Assembly: GCA_964035545.1 (NCBI GenBank)
Contig: OZ037768.1
Span: 17,777,700-17,841,699 of the forward strand
Direction of reading: 5' to 3'
DNA length: 64,000 nucleotides
Source: Bugula neritina
Taxonomy: Eukaryota > Animalia > Bryozoa
Positions within the stretch are counted from its first letter, which is position 1; the number at the start of each line of letters is the position of its first letter. Both the position numbers and the translations under genes were made by a program. Positions 48,829-62,000 of this stretch are shown in pieces. The notes under the pieces were generated by a model. It was not told where the DNA came from, searched no databases, and saw only the letters and a list, made by a program, of their open reading frames with translations.

Positions 48829-51483
48829 ATGGTATGTGATTACATTATTCATATAGATTATTGCTTTGATAAAAGTGTTGTCAAATTATATGATGGAACC
48901 ACTTAGGAGCAGTAGTGGAGAAATTGAGAAATCTAGAACACCGGCTTTTCTCAATTTTTCCGTTACTGCACCTACCTCAATATAACGTTATATTATATAG
49001 CTACTATATAGCTATAACCTATATCAAGTTTATAAAAATAGAAACAACTCTAATTATTACAATACCCTATAGCTTGTCTATTCATGTTCTTTGATCTCTA
49101 ATGGATGTGATGTTTTAAGTTCAATAAAGTGACACGAAGATATGATTTCATAATGTAAAGAAGTAATTGGTAGGTTAGTGATACAAGGTGCTGGTGGTTT
49201 CAGGGATATCAGATTACATCAAATCTAATTTTTCATGATTCCATGATTTTCCAACTACTTTTACCAACTACCTTCTTTTATTATATATGTACACACAAAA
49301 TTATTCTATTTCGTTGGATGGTGTGGAATTGTAATTGGAATAATATATTAGATGATAAGCAATAGATAGCTAAATAAGGAATAAATAATCTCTCAAACTG
49401 TCTGACAAACATATCTAAATAATTATACACGGATGTGTAGTTAACAGTAAACCAAGCAGGTAAATCTGTGTTGTGCAGAGATTCTTATTTATTCGCAAAT
49501 CTTTGATTATAGAGAGAATGCATCAGCGTACACATTGGCCAGGCAGGAGTGCAGATGGGAAATGCATGCTGGGAGCTGTACTGCATGGAGCACGGCATCC
49601 AACCTGACGGCCAAATGCCTTCTGACAAGACAATTGGAGAAGCAAACGACTCATTCAACACGTTCTTCAGTGAAACTGGGTCTGGGAAACATGTCCCTAG
49701 AGCTATTTATATTGATCTAGAGCCTACAGTTGTTGGTAAGTAAGCTTTATGTTATCTCTTTTTAGTGTTTCAGGTTCAAACATCAAATAATGATAGCAGG
49801 AGTTTGTATAGCTATGATCACATGACATTGCCTTACCTAAATTGTTGTGTTCTAACTGCATTAATCTAAAACTCATGTATATGTATAATACGATGCTTAT
49901 AATTGATGCCCCACAATCTTTGTACAATCGAGTGGAAGATTCATTGTGAGTAAATCAGTTGAGCCAGTTTCTGCAGCTTAAGTTGCAACATGAAACTAAT
50001 CTAAATGGGAGTTCATTTAAACTGGATTTGGCATTCTCAACTTTGCTATCTCTATTTTTTGTTATTTGCTGTCAGTTTGAAAGATAAAATAATGATTGTG
50101 GCTTAAAATGGTGACAGCTGAAGGTTAAAACATATGATGAGTCTAGTAGCTGCATCAAAGCGGAATTGCTATGTTGTTGTCAGCATTTTCACTAGCAATA
50201 CCAGCAGGCATTTGCATGGCATTCAAGCATGAACTAATGTTGTAATCTGAGTAACATGTGTTATACACTATGTGTGCTATATATAACTAAGTATATGGGA
50301 TAAGGAATGATGTAAATGTTGTTTTTATATATATTTTTGTAATGTTTTTCTAGACGAAATTCGAACTGGAAAATACCGACAACTTTTTCACCCTGAGCAG
50401 ATGATCACAGGAAAAGAAGATGCCGCCAACAACTATGCCCGAGGACACTATACTGTAGGCAAAGAACTTGTTGATCGTGTCATGGATAGAATAAGACGGC
50501 TATCAGATCAATGTAGTGGCCTACAAGGCTTCTTAATATTTCATTCTTTCGGTGGAGGCACTGGGTCAGGATTTACTTCTCTTTTAATGGAGCGCCTCAG
50601 TGTTGATTACGGCAAAAAATCTAAATTAGAGTTTTCAGTATACCCAGCCCCGCAAATCTCCACTGCTGTTGTTGAACCTTACAACTCTATTCTCACCACC
50701 CACACCACCCTTGAGCACTCCGACTGCGCTTTCATGGTTGACAACGAGGCCATCTATGACATTTGCAGACGTAACCTCGACATTGGCAGACCAAGTTATA
50801 CAAACTTGAATCGGTTGATAGCTCAAGTTGTTTCTTCAATAACCGCTTCATTAAGATTTGATGGAGCGCTTAATGTTGATCTTAACGAGTTTCAAACAAA
50901 CTTAGTGCCTTATCCAAGAATTCATTTCCCCCTGGCTACCTATGCTCCCATCATTTCCGCAGAGAAAGCATTCCATGAGCAGCTGTCAGTTTCTGAAATA
51001 ACTAGTTCTTGCTTCGAACCTCAAAGCCAAATGGTCAAGTGTGACCCTCGACATGGAAAATATATGGCTTGCTGCCTTCTCTTTAGAGGAGATGTCGTAC
51101 CAAAGGATGTCAACGCTGCCATCGCCACCATCAAGACCAAGAGAACCATCCAGTTTGTCGACTGGTGTCCCACCGGATTCAAAGTTGGAATCAACTACCA
51201 GCCACCAACCGTTGTGCCTGAAGGAGATCTGGCCAAGGTACAGAGAGCCGTCTGCATGTTGAGCAACACAACTGCTATTGCTGAGGCCTGGGCTCGTCTT
51301 GACCACAAGTTTGACTTGATGTACGCCAAGCGTGCCTTCGTCCACTGGTATGTGGGAGAAGGTATGGAAGAGGGAGAGTTCTCCGAGGCTCGTGAGGATT
51401 TGGCTGCCCTTGAGAAAGACTACGAAGAGGTCGGCGCGGATTCTATAATGGATGGCGAGGAAGATGACGAAGAAGAATATTAA
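48829..51483 (+). CDS. TUBA: Alpha-tubulin, 451 aa, 3 exons
   Basis: Exon 1 is the ATG only (48829-48831, then GTATGT), as is typical for metazoan alpha-tubulin; exon 2 is 49513-49735; exon 3 is 50354-51483. MRECI start, K40 (MPSDK), GGGTGSG and C-terminal EEY are present. Confidence 0.98.
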
Positions 51484-52025
51484 GTTAGCCTACTACAAAA
51501 CTGAAGAATGTGAAAGTTTATTTTGCATGTTACATATTTTTATTTATTTACTATTTATTGAAAATCAGATATATAATAATTATATGTTTTTATGTGATAA
51601 TCGATTGAGAAAAGATACTATATAGTAGAATTGATAATTATGCGGTAATTTTTAGCATATAATAATGGTATTAATGCATTTGTAGTTGTTAAAATACTAC
51701 TTTTAGCATATTTGTGTTGTATAAGTTTGCTGAAAATATACATTATAAGCAAAATAATAAACATTTAGAAATGGTGCATGTTACAGATGAGTTGACATTT
51801 TAATTAGGAATTATAATATGATTGTTTTGTGGGTAGAATGCAGTTTAAGTGGGGAGCATAACTCCAGTATAGTAAGAACAAGATGTGGTAGTGGTATCAA
51901 GTAGATAAATCTTTATTGTATAGTAGATGCTTGTAAGGTAATCTTGATCCGGCGAGCTCCAGTATTAGACTGATTTTACACTGCGAGCTCGCCTTCTTTT
52001 AGACAAGAAAAAGTTCTTTGATCTC

Positions 52026-52145
52026 ATCCTGTCCGAAAGTCAGAGCCCGAATATCGTCACCTTCCGACAATCGGACTCCGACATCGGAACTTGGTCTGAT
52101 GTCGGAGCCCGACAATCGACATTTGTGCCGACTTTTGGACAGAAT
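52026..52145. mobile_element. GC-rich fold-back element, probable MITE remnant
   Basis: ATCCTGTCCGAAAGTC mirrors GACTTTTGGACAGAAT; inner TCGGACTCCGACATCGGA mirrors TCTGATGTCGGAGCCCGA; CCGA/TCGG motifs are reiterated. No target site duplication identified. Confidence 0.55.
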
Positions 52146-52727
52146 CAAATTACATAATCGCGTTACATAAAAATAAAAATATGGTGCATGAAAAGATAAC
52201 CCTAATATAATATTCGTATTTCCACCACAATATTAGCATTAATTTATAAACTAACCATTGTGTTCATAATGGCACAATTGCAGTGTGAATTTAAGAAACA
52301 GTTGTATTCTGCAGATTAAAAAACCATATTTTGTTGTAACTGCAATATTTTTGGAACACATGCTAGGTATGTAAAGTTGACAGCAATTAGCAAAAAGTTA
52401 TTTCTAAAATTTGAAAGCCTCAAAACAGGGTTTGATCGTTTATAATAATCTATTCATTATATTTTATGCACTGAAAAGTAAGTTATAATTATTTCATTTT
52501 GTCAAACATGATTTGAAACAAACATGCAATAATTTGTAATGGAGCCACTGAATTACAATAATATAATTCAGCAATTTGAACCATATGTAATTGTTAACTA
52601 CGGAGTTGTCTTTTGATTTTGAAAACGCAATATATAGTTTTATATTTGGTATTGTCTTTTCTAATTCGAAAAATGCTTACCGTCGCTATGTTTTATATAA
52701 ATATCTCAGTAGAACTCGCTGTACGTT

Positions 52728-52740
52728 GTTTCTAGGTAAC
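52728..52740 (+). promoter_or_regulatory. RFX X-box upstream of DNAH10
   Basis: GTTTCTAGGTAAC fits GTYNCY-N(0-3)-RGNAAC and lies just upstream of a probable non-coding first exon (donor about 52847) of an axonemal dynein. Confidence 0.7.
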
Positions 52741-53094
52741 AAGATTGCATTAAAAAAGATTATTGCGCTTCAAATAATAGTTATTATTTTAATTTATTTA
52801 AATTTTTCTTCAATTAAAACGTAATTTAAGTTTATTTCTACGTTAGGTAATTTACATATTTGCACAAAATACAAAAAACTAAATTATTATTGCTGTGTTA
52901 CTCTGCTAATTTCTTACACGGATGAGCACAAAAAGCATATGAAGCTACTGTGCTTTGAGCAAGGTGGTTTGTCGAAAAACTAGATTTCCAAGACTCACAT
53001 CAGAGAGACTCAAACTAATTGCTGTCAACAATATTTTTCGCAAAAACTGAAGTAAAACTTTTGTTGTTTTTATCACAAAATGTACTTCTAACAG

Positions 53095-56000
53095 ATGGAT
53101 GATCCCAGAATTGAATGGATTCGCAATAAAGCTTATTTAGCTCTTGCAATCACAGATCCTGACGTTTTTGAGCAGTTGTTAGAAAGAGATGATGGAGAAG
53201 GCGAAAGAAACATCGCGAAATTTATAAATGATACTCCTACAGACGATGCATCGTCTTTGCTTTTTTATAAAGTATTAAGAGAAGAGGAGGACGAGATCGA
53301 AGTTGATTGTGGTATGATCTTGCTAATCTATTCAACCTAAGTTCTTGCTTTGCACCCAATTATTGAATTAAAATTAAAATTGTCTAAAATTATAATCTAT
53401 AATACTCTCACTATGCGATTACTATTTCTATGATAATTAACAATAATGTCTATGCTCTAACTAGTTAGTAGTTATAATAAATTAAATTAAATTTTTAATT
53501 AGTAGCAATGACATTGCATGCTTCATAATTGTTTGTAATCCAATTTTTTTTAAAGTTTAAAACTTTGTAAATTTGACTTTAAAAGTTTTTATATAGAGCC
53601 AGAGATTCCTGACATTGTTGAAGAGGAAGAGAAGGCCGAAGATGCTGCCGAGGAACAGAATGTAGAAGCTGATTCCACTCCGGCAGCAGATTCTCCAACT
53701 GCTGAAAGCAAAGGCAGCCCAAAAGGTACGTTTTATTTCATATCACAAACTCAAAGTGCAGCTTATTGAGATCAAAAGGTTGCAAAGAATAGTAACTAAG
53801 CTGTCAATGTGTGTTCAATAGCTTTGATCATTTACTCAACGTTTAGGTTAATAATACAGTTACAACTTCTGTGTATTACAAAATTTTTTACTAAAATTCA
53901 GTCTTTGATCAAAACAGCTTTTTCACAAACTCTGGAATATCAGTGTTAACCAAGCCTTACAATTTATCTTGAGATTCAATATTTTTAGTTATTGTTGGTT
54001 GTTGTCAGCAGCTGCATGCATTTTTAGATGCTAACATATCAATATTAATATATATCAATATTATACACTAATATACTATGCTTTAGTATTATACACTAAC
54101 ATACTATAACTCACTCAATATCGTATAATAATATATTACACCATATATGATATACTTTCATAATATGCATTAATTTACTACATTTGCAAATTATCTACTA
54201 ACACACTATACTTGTGTATTGTATGCTAAACCATTGTACTTGTACACTAAATGTAGATGGTGAAACAGAAGATGGTGAGTATATAGCATGCCAAACTTTG
54301 CCCTTTCCTGCTAACAATGTACTTGTAGTTTATTTATTCATGCAATTTGCTTTTATATATTGTTAATGTTTTCTGGTGTAACACGCATGGTTTTGTCACA
54401 AGCTTGATTTTCTTACTTAATGGCAGCAAAAGCATTGTTTAAAAATTGCGTTTAGAAATTAAATTCCACTTCTTCTTAATTTATGACATTTTAAGCATTA
54501 TTTCAAAGTTTGAGCACTTTCTGCAGCTATTGGAACTTTTGTTTCATTAGCAGTTGATTATTCTTACTTTACATTCATTTTATACATTGAGGGACAGAAA
54601 AGAGTATTGATCAAGATAAAGTACTGCAGAGCACTTGTTTGATTAGTCTATCTCCCATAAATACTTTGAGACCTTTAAGAATGGTTAAAACATGTATTTT
54701 GATTAGCACTTATGAAATAGAACATTCATATTTTAGGATTTTGGAGAACACGATAATAAATTTTAAAAACACTTTCTGTCTATTATAGTTGCCTATTTTA
54801 AATGATAGATGTTTTGGAAAAAATGTTTTAGTTTAAGTTTTAAATTTGAATAATTATAGTAGCAAAAAGAGACAAAAATGTTAAATAAAATTTTTTACTG
54901 AGTTCTGCTAACAAGTTTTTAATATATTTTGCAAAAAGCTCTAAAATAATATTTAATACTAGGAATCGATTTGATTGAGTATCTGATATTAACTAACCTA
55001 ACTCATTTCAAGTAAATTATTATATCATCGAGTATTCAAGTGTATACGGTAATGTAGGTACTGTAAGTTAAGGAAAAGCAGACTGGAAAAATATTTATGT
55101 ACTTTGTTATTGCAATTAGGGCGAAGGAAAAAGACTGGCAAGGAAACACCACAAGAATCTGCTACAACCCCTAAACCAGAAAGTCCTTCTCAGACAACAG
55201 CAGAAGTCACAGAGCAAAATGGAGAAACAGCTGAAGACGGGGAGGGAGAGAAGACTGAGCAGGAGGAAGATGTGGCACCGGAACAGCCGAAAACCGTGAG
55301 TCATCTGTAATATGATTGCCTGTATTAAAATACTTGTTTCCTTATTCATGAATATACAGTAGTTTGATATTATTACTTGAAATTCTCTGCTGTCAAATGT
55401 TTTTGTATATAAAAATATGTGATTTTTGTTTGACTCTGCATGTCGGTTTAGTTATGTACTATTGATAATATTGCAATGTGTTTCAGAAAATAGTGAAAGT
55501 AAGTGTTACAAGAACGTACATGTACATGTGCTTCAACTTCCTGCCAGAGGAAGCCCAGGATCTCGACTCTGTGTATTTCTTGAGAACAACTGAGGGAATG
55601 GTTCCATTACCCAACACCATTTCTGAAGCAGAAATGACTCTACCCGGACTTTTTGAAATGGGATTGTTGAATGGGCATTCTCTTCTCATGCTTCAACAAG
55701 TCATCAACAAGGTAAACAGAAATATTTGCAGTCGTCCTCTAATTATTTTGGTCAACACCTAGTTTCTTTTGGAGAAAAAATATGTTTAAAAATTAGCAAA
55801 TTCGTTTCTTTTTGTTTAAAGATTTTAAAAACTTTTCAAAAGTATAAATTTTTAAAACATGCAACTTAGCTAACTTCAATATGCTATATATTCTGTTGTT
55901 ATAATCCATCATTCATCCTGTTATTAGGTTTTCCTGCCTCTTCTCGCCTTCAATGACCAGAAGTCTAAGATGCAGAGATCACCAACATCATCGGCAGCAA

Positions 56001-59000
56001 GCAGTCGGCAAGCACCGCAGACACCCGCTGCCGATGGAAAGAGAAGAGTAGAACCAGCCAAGCAAGCAGCACTGAGAGATGAGTTTCTAATTGCCATGGA
56101 TAAGTTCTCAGCTGGCATTCACCGTACCATACAGCAAATAGAAGGGGAAGTGAGTTATAACGAGATATTCTTTTGTACCTTAACACGTGTGTATTTAAAG
56201 CTGTGCTCTTTTGCAGGAGGCATGTAGTTACTGTAGTATGACAAGTAAGAACGTGCAAAAGTAGTCTGTTATTTCAGTGGGTGTAACACAAAGTTACAGT
56301 ATATTCTACGGTGTATTTATTACCTTTTTCAGTGTTTTTCCTTTTGGTTGAGTTTGACAACAAAACTCTAAAATCAAAAATCTAGGTATATCTTTGTCAT
56401 TATTATTAGTATTATTGTTGATTACTATTACTAACTATTATTACTATCTTTACTATTAGGTGAAACTGGAGATACCAGACTTTGAGCTGAGTGATGATAT
56501 GGCGGCAAATTTAGCAAATGAAGAACTCAAAGCCCAAGTTGAAGAAGTCTGTACCGTGTGGAACAGACAGATTATGGATGCATTGGATGGGCTATTAAAG
56601 AAGACTCCTGAAGGTGAAACTATTGCAAATCTTATATAGTTTACTTGTTCTTTTTTAATTTGTATACAGGCACATTAATTATTTTCTTTTTGACTGAGCT
56701 TAACTTTTAAGATTCTTTAATAGTTGATAAAGAATAATTGTATTCGGAATGCTGTTAAATTAATGAAATGTTGTTAAGAAACTGACTGTAAATTGTTATG
56801 ATTGCTTGGTTGTTCAGGGAACGGTCCACTGGCTGAGATAGACTTCTGGCGAGACAGAAATGGTGCACTGAGTGCTCTTGTTGAGCAACTTAAACTTCCG
56901 AAGATTGCTTCCATTTTACAAATGTATGCAAACATCGACAATGCTATTGAATATCGTCGTGCAGACGTGAATAAGTACCACATCGAGGCTAAGGACAACG
57001 TACGATTTCTCTCAACTCTGGAGCGACATTTTAAGAATATCACACATGGCGCTTCATTTCACACTGTGATTGATACATTGCCCTCCATGATGATTGGCCT
57101 ACGCATGGTGTGGATCATCTCAAGGCATTACAACAGAGATGAGCGGATGGTTCCCTTGATGGAGAGAATAGCCTGGGTCCTGGCTGAAAGAGTGGGAAAA
57201 GTTATTCACGTCCCTACTTTGTTTGAGTGAGTTAAGAAACTTATTATCACACTATGCATGAAATCTAGCTAATAATGTTTTATCATATCCTTGTTCTATT
57301 AAATTTCATGAATCGACATGATTATAGCTTGTCATTGTTTAATGTACTATCCTGCTACCCAGCAGGACAAAGCAGAGAAAGGTGAGAAAGATGAGAATTG
57401 TTTAGTGTACTATAAGACAGCTTAGACTTGTTTCCTAATAATAAGTATATTGTGTCTGTTGGTATTAGTTTAACGATTGATGAAGTTCGTCTCAAGACCA
57501 GTGAAGCAAAGGCTATGCTAGACACATGGCAGGAGTCGTACATGAAAGTTAGAGCCGAGATAGAATCGTCAGGTAGAGACGCCAGGTGGGAGTTTGACAA
57601 GAGACGGCTGTTTGAGAGAACCGGCTACATGTCTCAGATCTGCCAGAACCTGGGAGAGATATCTCAGGTAACAACCTCTAAACCAGCTACACTATGTGTA
57701 TGGTGGTAGTGGCATAGTCACTATGTGTGTAATGGTAGTGGCAAAGTTACTATGTGTATAATGGTAATGACATGGTCACTATGTGTATGGTGGTAATGGC
57801 ATAGCGTTGAAATTTGATGAATTAATGTATTATCACAACAATAAAGCAAAAACCCATTCCAAAAGCTTGTTTTTAAGTCACTGTAATTATTATAAAAAAT
57901 CTGTATACCAAATGTTATTTTTCAATAATAGCAGTTTAAAGATTTGACCAGCTGCATATGAGTGGGCATTTGACACTACATGGCCATATGATGTAGCAGG
58001 TTTATATGCTAATTTATGTGAAAATATTTTTTAATTTGAAAATATTCTAGATACTGTATTGAAAGTTGCGTGCACGTTTGCAAATGGCTGTGGACAAAAT
58101 TTGCTGTAGAATTAAAATTAAAGTTATTGACTTAACTTGGTGATTAATTAGAATATTGTTCTGTGCTTGTAGATCTTAGAAGAATTCTATAATATTTTTG
58201 GCCCAGAACTAAAAGCGGTCACCGGTGATCCTAAGCGTATTGAAGATGTACTCAAAAGAGTTGATGCGCTCATTAAGCCTCTATCTGATCTAACCTTTGA
58301 CCCCTTTGCTGTTAAATCCCAAAATCAGTGGAAGAATGTGATGGACGCATTCTATAAGGAAGTTGCTTCAATTGAAAAGGAGGCTATAAACTTTATTGAT
58401 GAGTCATTTAAAAAGTTGCGATCGGCTCAAGGTGCTTTTGAGTTGCTTCAGAAGTTCAAACATATTCGCTCACGACAAGCCATCAATAAACAAATGTTGA
58501 TGAAATTTGACAACATTCTAGAGCGCTATGAAAAAGAGGTTAGTAGCTGCTTCAACCTATCGTCGCCCTGTCCTGTACTGTACTGGTATCAGAACTTCAT
58601 CTATTGTTAGATGATAATTATTACGTGATGCCTGTGCAGTGTGAAGTGTCGTTCTTAATTTTTAGCTTCTACGGACATGTGCACTTATTTTAAGAGTGGG
58701 TATATCATTCTGTTATGACTTTTATTTTTATAATTTTTTATTGACTTGAACTGTTCTGTTAACTTTTAATCAGTTAGCTTTGTTCTGAGCAGTTTATTGT
58801 TTCTGTTCTTAGCTAACAAATAAAGTTGAGTTTAATTTACATTATTTCAATATATGTAGGTGGAAATCATGGACATGCTGTACCAGGAAGGTAAAAACTT
58901 CCCCCCACTATTCAAGAACCAGCCACCTATAGCTGGCTCTGTGTTCTGGGAAAGATCTCTCTTTCTGCGTATGAAGAATACCATCATAAAGTTTCTCACT

Positions 59001-62000
59001 ATGGAGGATATGATGATGACTGAAAGAGGCAAAGCTGTACGTTAAGAATTTGCTAACTTGGAGACTTTCAGAATTAGTATAATTATTATTCTTGATTAAA
59101 GACTTTTGAGGAGTTTTTTATGTGTGGTTCTCAATTAAACATAAATATTTAGTCAAAAATCCTTAGATGTCTGAAGTAGGTGGAAGGAACCACAATAAAG
59201 GCCCTAGTAGCTTGGTACTACCTAACTTTGAGTGTGTTCAGAAATAAAATAAGTAGATGGTCTTGATCATATAATTTTACACTTCTTTCTTGTTAATTGT
59301 AGAATTTTTCTTAAATATTTCTGCAGATTACCACAGACTTATGATTTCAATTATATAGTTGATTAGAATATGAAATAACTCAAATATCTCATCTTATATA
59401 AAAACAATTCACTTTTAGTTTTGAGTTTAAGCAATTTAAATGTTTATAGCCGGCAATGTTCAAAACTATAGTATTACATCACGTGTCATTGAGTTGCAAT
59501 TTAGTTGAGGATACGCACACATTATGCATATATTATAGTTGTATTGGTTTATGGTACAGGCTCGTGCCAAGTACTTGAGTGTAGCCCGTCAGATGAAGGA
59601 ATACGAAGACCAGAAGTATGCCCAGTGGAGAGAACATGTGGAACAAGTTCTGCCTGGATTACTTAAGCGTAACCTGCTAGTTAGACCTCCGGCTGTGGCT
59701 GAAACCTTGGCTCTTACACAAGCCCCAGCCCACCAGCCTAGACCTCCTACAGAAGAGAAACCCAGATCTAGCTCTACTAGAAGATCTGCAGGTAAAACGC
59801 TACTCTGTAGCAACCATACACTATACTATACTACTATACAGCAGCCGTACACTATACTATACTACTATACAACAACCATACACTATACTATACTATTATA
59901 CAGCAACCATACACTATACTATACTACTATACAGCAACCATACACTATACTATACTATTATACAGCAACCATACACTATACTATACTACTATACAGCAAC
60001 CATACACTATACTATACTATTATACAGCAACCATACACTATACTATACTACTCTGTAGCAACCATACACTATACTATACTACTATACAGCAACCATACAC
60101 TATACTATACTACTATACAGCAACCATACACTATACTATACTACTATACAGCAACCATACACTATACTATACTATTATACAGCAACCATACACTATACTA
60201 CACTACTATACAGCAACCATACACTATACTATACTATACTACTATACAGCAACCATACACTATACTACACTACTATACTATGCTACTATGCAATAACTAA
60301 AGTATATTGCTATACATCAGTTCACAATTTGATGAAACTACTCAGAGTTTTCCTATGCTGAAATATTTATTTTAGTAGTTGACCAATTGGTCTGATCAAA
60401 TGGAAGTTAGGAGTTTGTCTGAAAATATAAAGGCTTTTACTCTTGCATATCATTTCAATATTTTAAATAGGCTCATGAAGTCTCACTAGTATACTTTATA
60501 GTAAGTCATGACTCATTTTACACGATATTATGACTGCGTATCTGTAGTATGTAATCAGACAAAGTCAAGCTAAAATCAAGCTTTTAATGGGACAAACTTC
60601 CCATTCATTGTTTTAAAAAACATCACTAAAATGTTTTGGGTGAGTAGAAAGTCATGGAATATATGTGATATGATAAATAGGTAGAACACCTGTGCCAGCC
60701 ATAGAAGTTGTAGTTGCTGAGGAAGTTGCCCCCTCTACCAATGGTATTTATGTTCCACTTGAGTGTTTATAATGCATTGTGCTGCCTGCCATTAACTACT
60801 AATCCCCCTGCCATTTCAACAACACCTAACTGCAAGCTTATGAAGCGAGTCATGCTTTTGAAACAAAGATTAGCACATAATATTCGTAAAGCTGACAATG
60901 CTAGGTAGTATAACACATTGAAAGAGAAGTGTTTACATGCTGCGCTCTAGTTGTATGATACTAATGCTGTCAGCATCTATCAACAGCTGAAACTAATGTC
61001 TAATGCTGTTGCTATGTCTACTAACTTCAACAATAACACAGGAGTTTGTTGTGTTTGCAGTTAAAGCACCTTCTAATGACAAAAGCGAAGTGCCAGCTTT
61101 GGTAGATCTTGATACACTTACAGGTACCAGATTCCATGAGCTTTGGTTGATTAGTGTGATTCAGATTTAAACATATCTGATCGCCTTCTAAAATATTATT
61201 TGATGATTTGAATTTGGTTGTGTAAAATATGTGTGTTAAACAGTCAGTTGCTAACAAAATTATTCATTGAAGTTTTTATTTTATATTATTTTAGTTTTTG
61301 GCGTTCTTCTACGCAGAATTATTGTAGTTTAGTCAAAGAAAAGATGCTGTTAGCTTTAATCATGATTACATTACAATTGCAAGGTGATTATGCATGTTAG
61401 ATATTATTACTTGGTGAACTATTGTAGAGAAGAAAGTGAGATACGTTGTGGACTTTGACCCAGAAATTACAGAGATCGTCACCGAGACCAAAATGATGGA
61501 GAATCTGGGTTTTTCTGTGCCAGAAATTGCCCGTAATGTTGCTCTTCAGGAAGACAAGTACATTCAGTATGTTGATGGACTCAAAGTGATGCTGAAGAGA
61601 TACCACACAGTTCTCCACTCTCTTGATCATTCTGAGGTGAGAATGTGTTAGCCAGTAGTGGATTTCTGGTTCCTATATTATATTATGATACTGGAACTAT
61701 GCTATTACTATATTATAATATTGCACTGGGACTATGCTATTATTTCTGTCAATTAGCCACTTGACTTTGTTTAAACTATGAATATCAGTTTGCCACTTGG
61801 TTAACTACATTTTTGAAAATCCTAAATTCGTGCTAGTTGAAGAAATGATGAAATTAGCAATATGATAATTATGATAATGAATAATGATGCACTTGATTGA
61901 CAATTTTGCAGCTAAAACTCTAAGTTTATCTCAATTATAACATGTATTTAACAATTTTTCATTCAAGTGTGACTCAAAAATTTAATTGCCTAATTTTTGA

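Noticed and set aside
50134-50250. C/D box snoRNA candidate (ATGATGA...CTGA) in tubulin intron 2
   Set aside because: The terminal stem is offset from box D, I recognise no rRNA-complementary guide, and such motifs are common by chance in AT-rich DNA. A snoscan run would settle it.
50986-51345. 119-aa antisense ORF over tubulin
   Set aside because: Expected by-product of C/G-ending codon bias on the sense strand.
59792-60300. Y/T-rich extension of the 253-aa ORF, and a superficial CRISPR-like look of the arrays
   Set aside because: Read-through past a good donor at 59792 into a tandem repeat; there are no unique spacers, no cas genes, and the context is eukaryotic.
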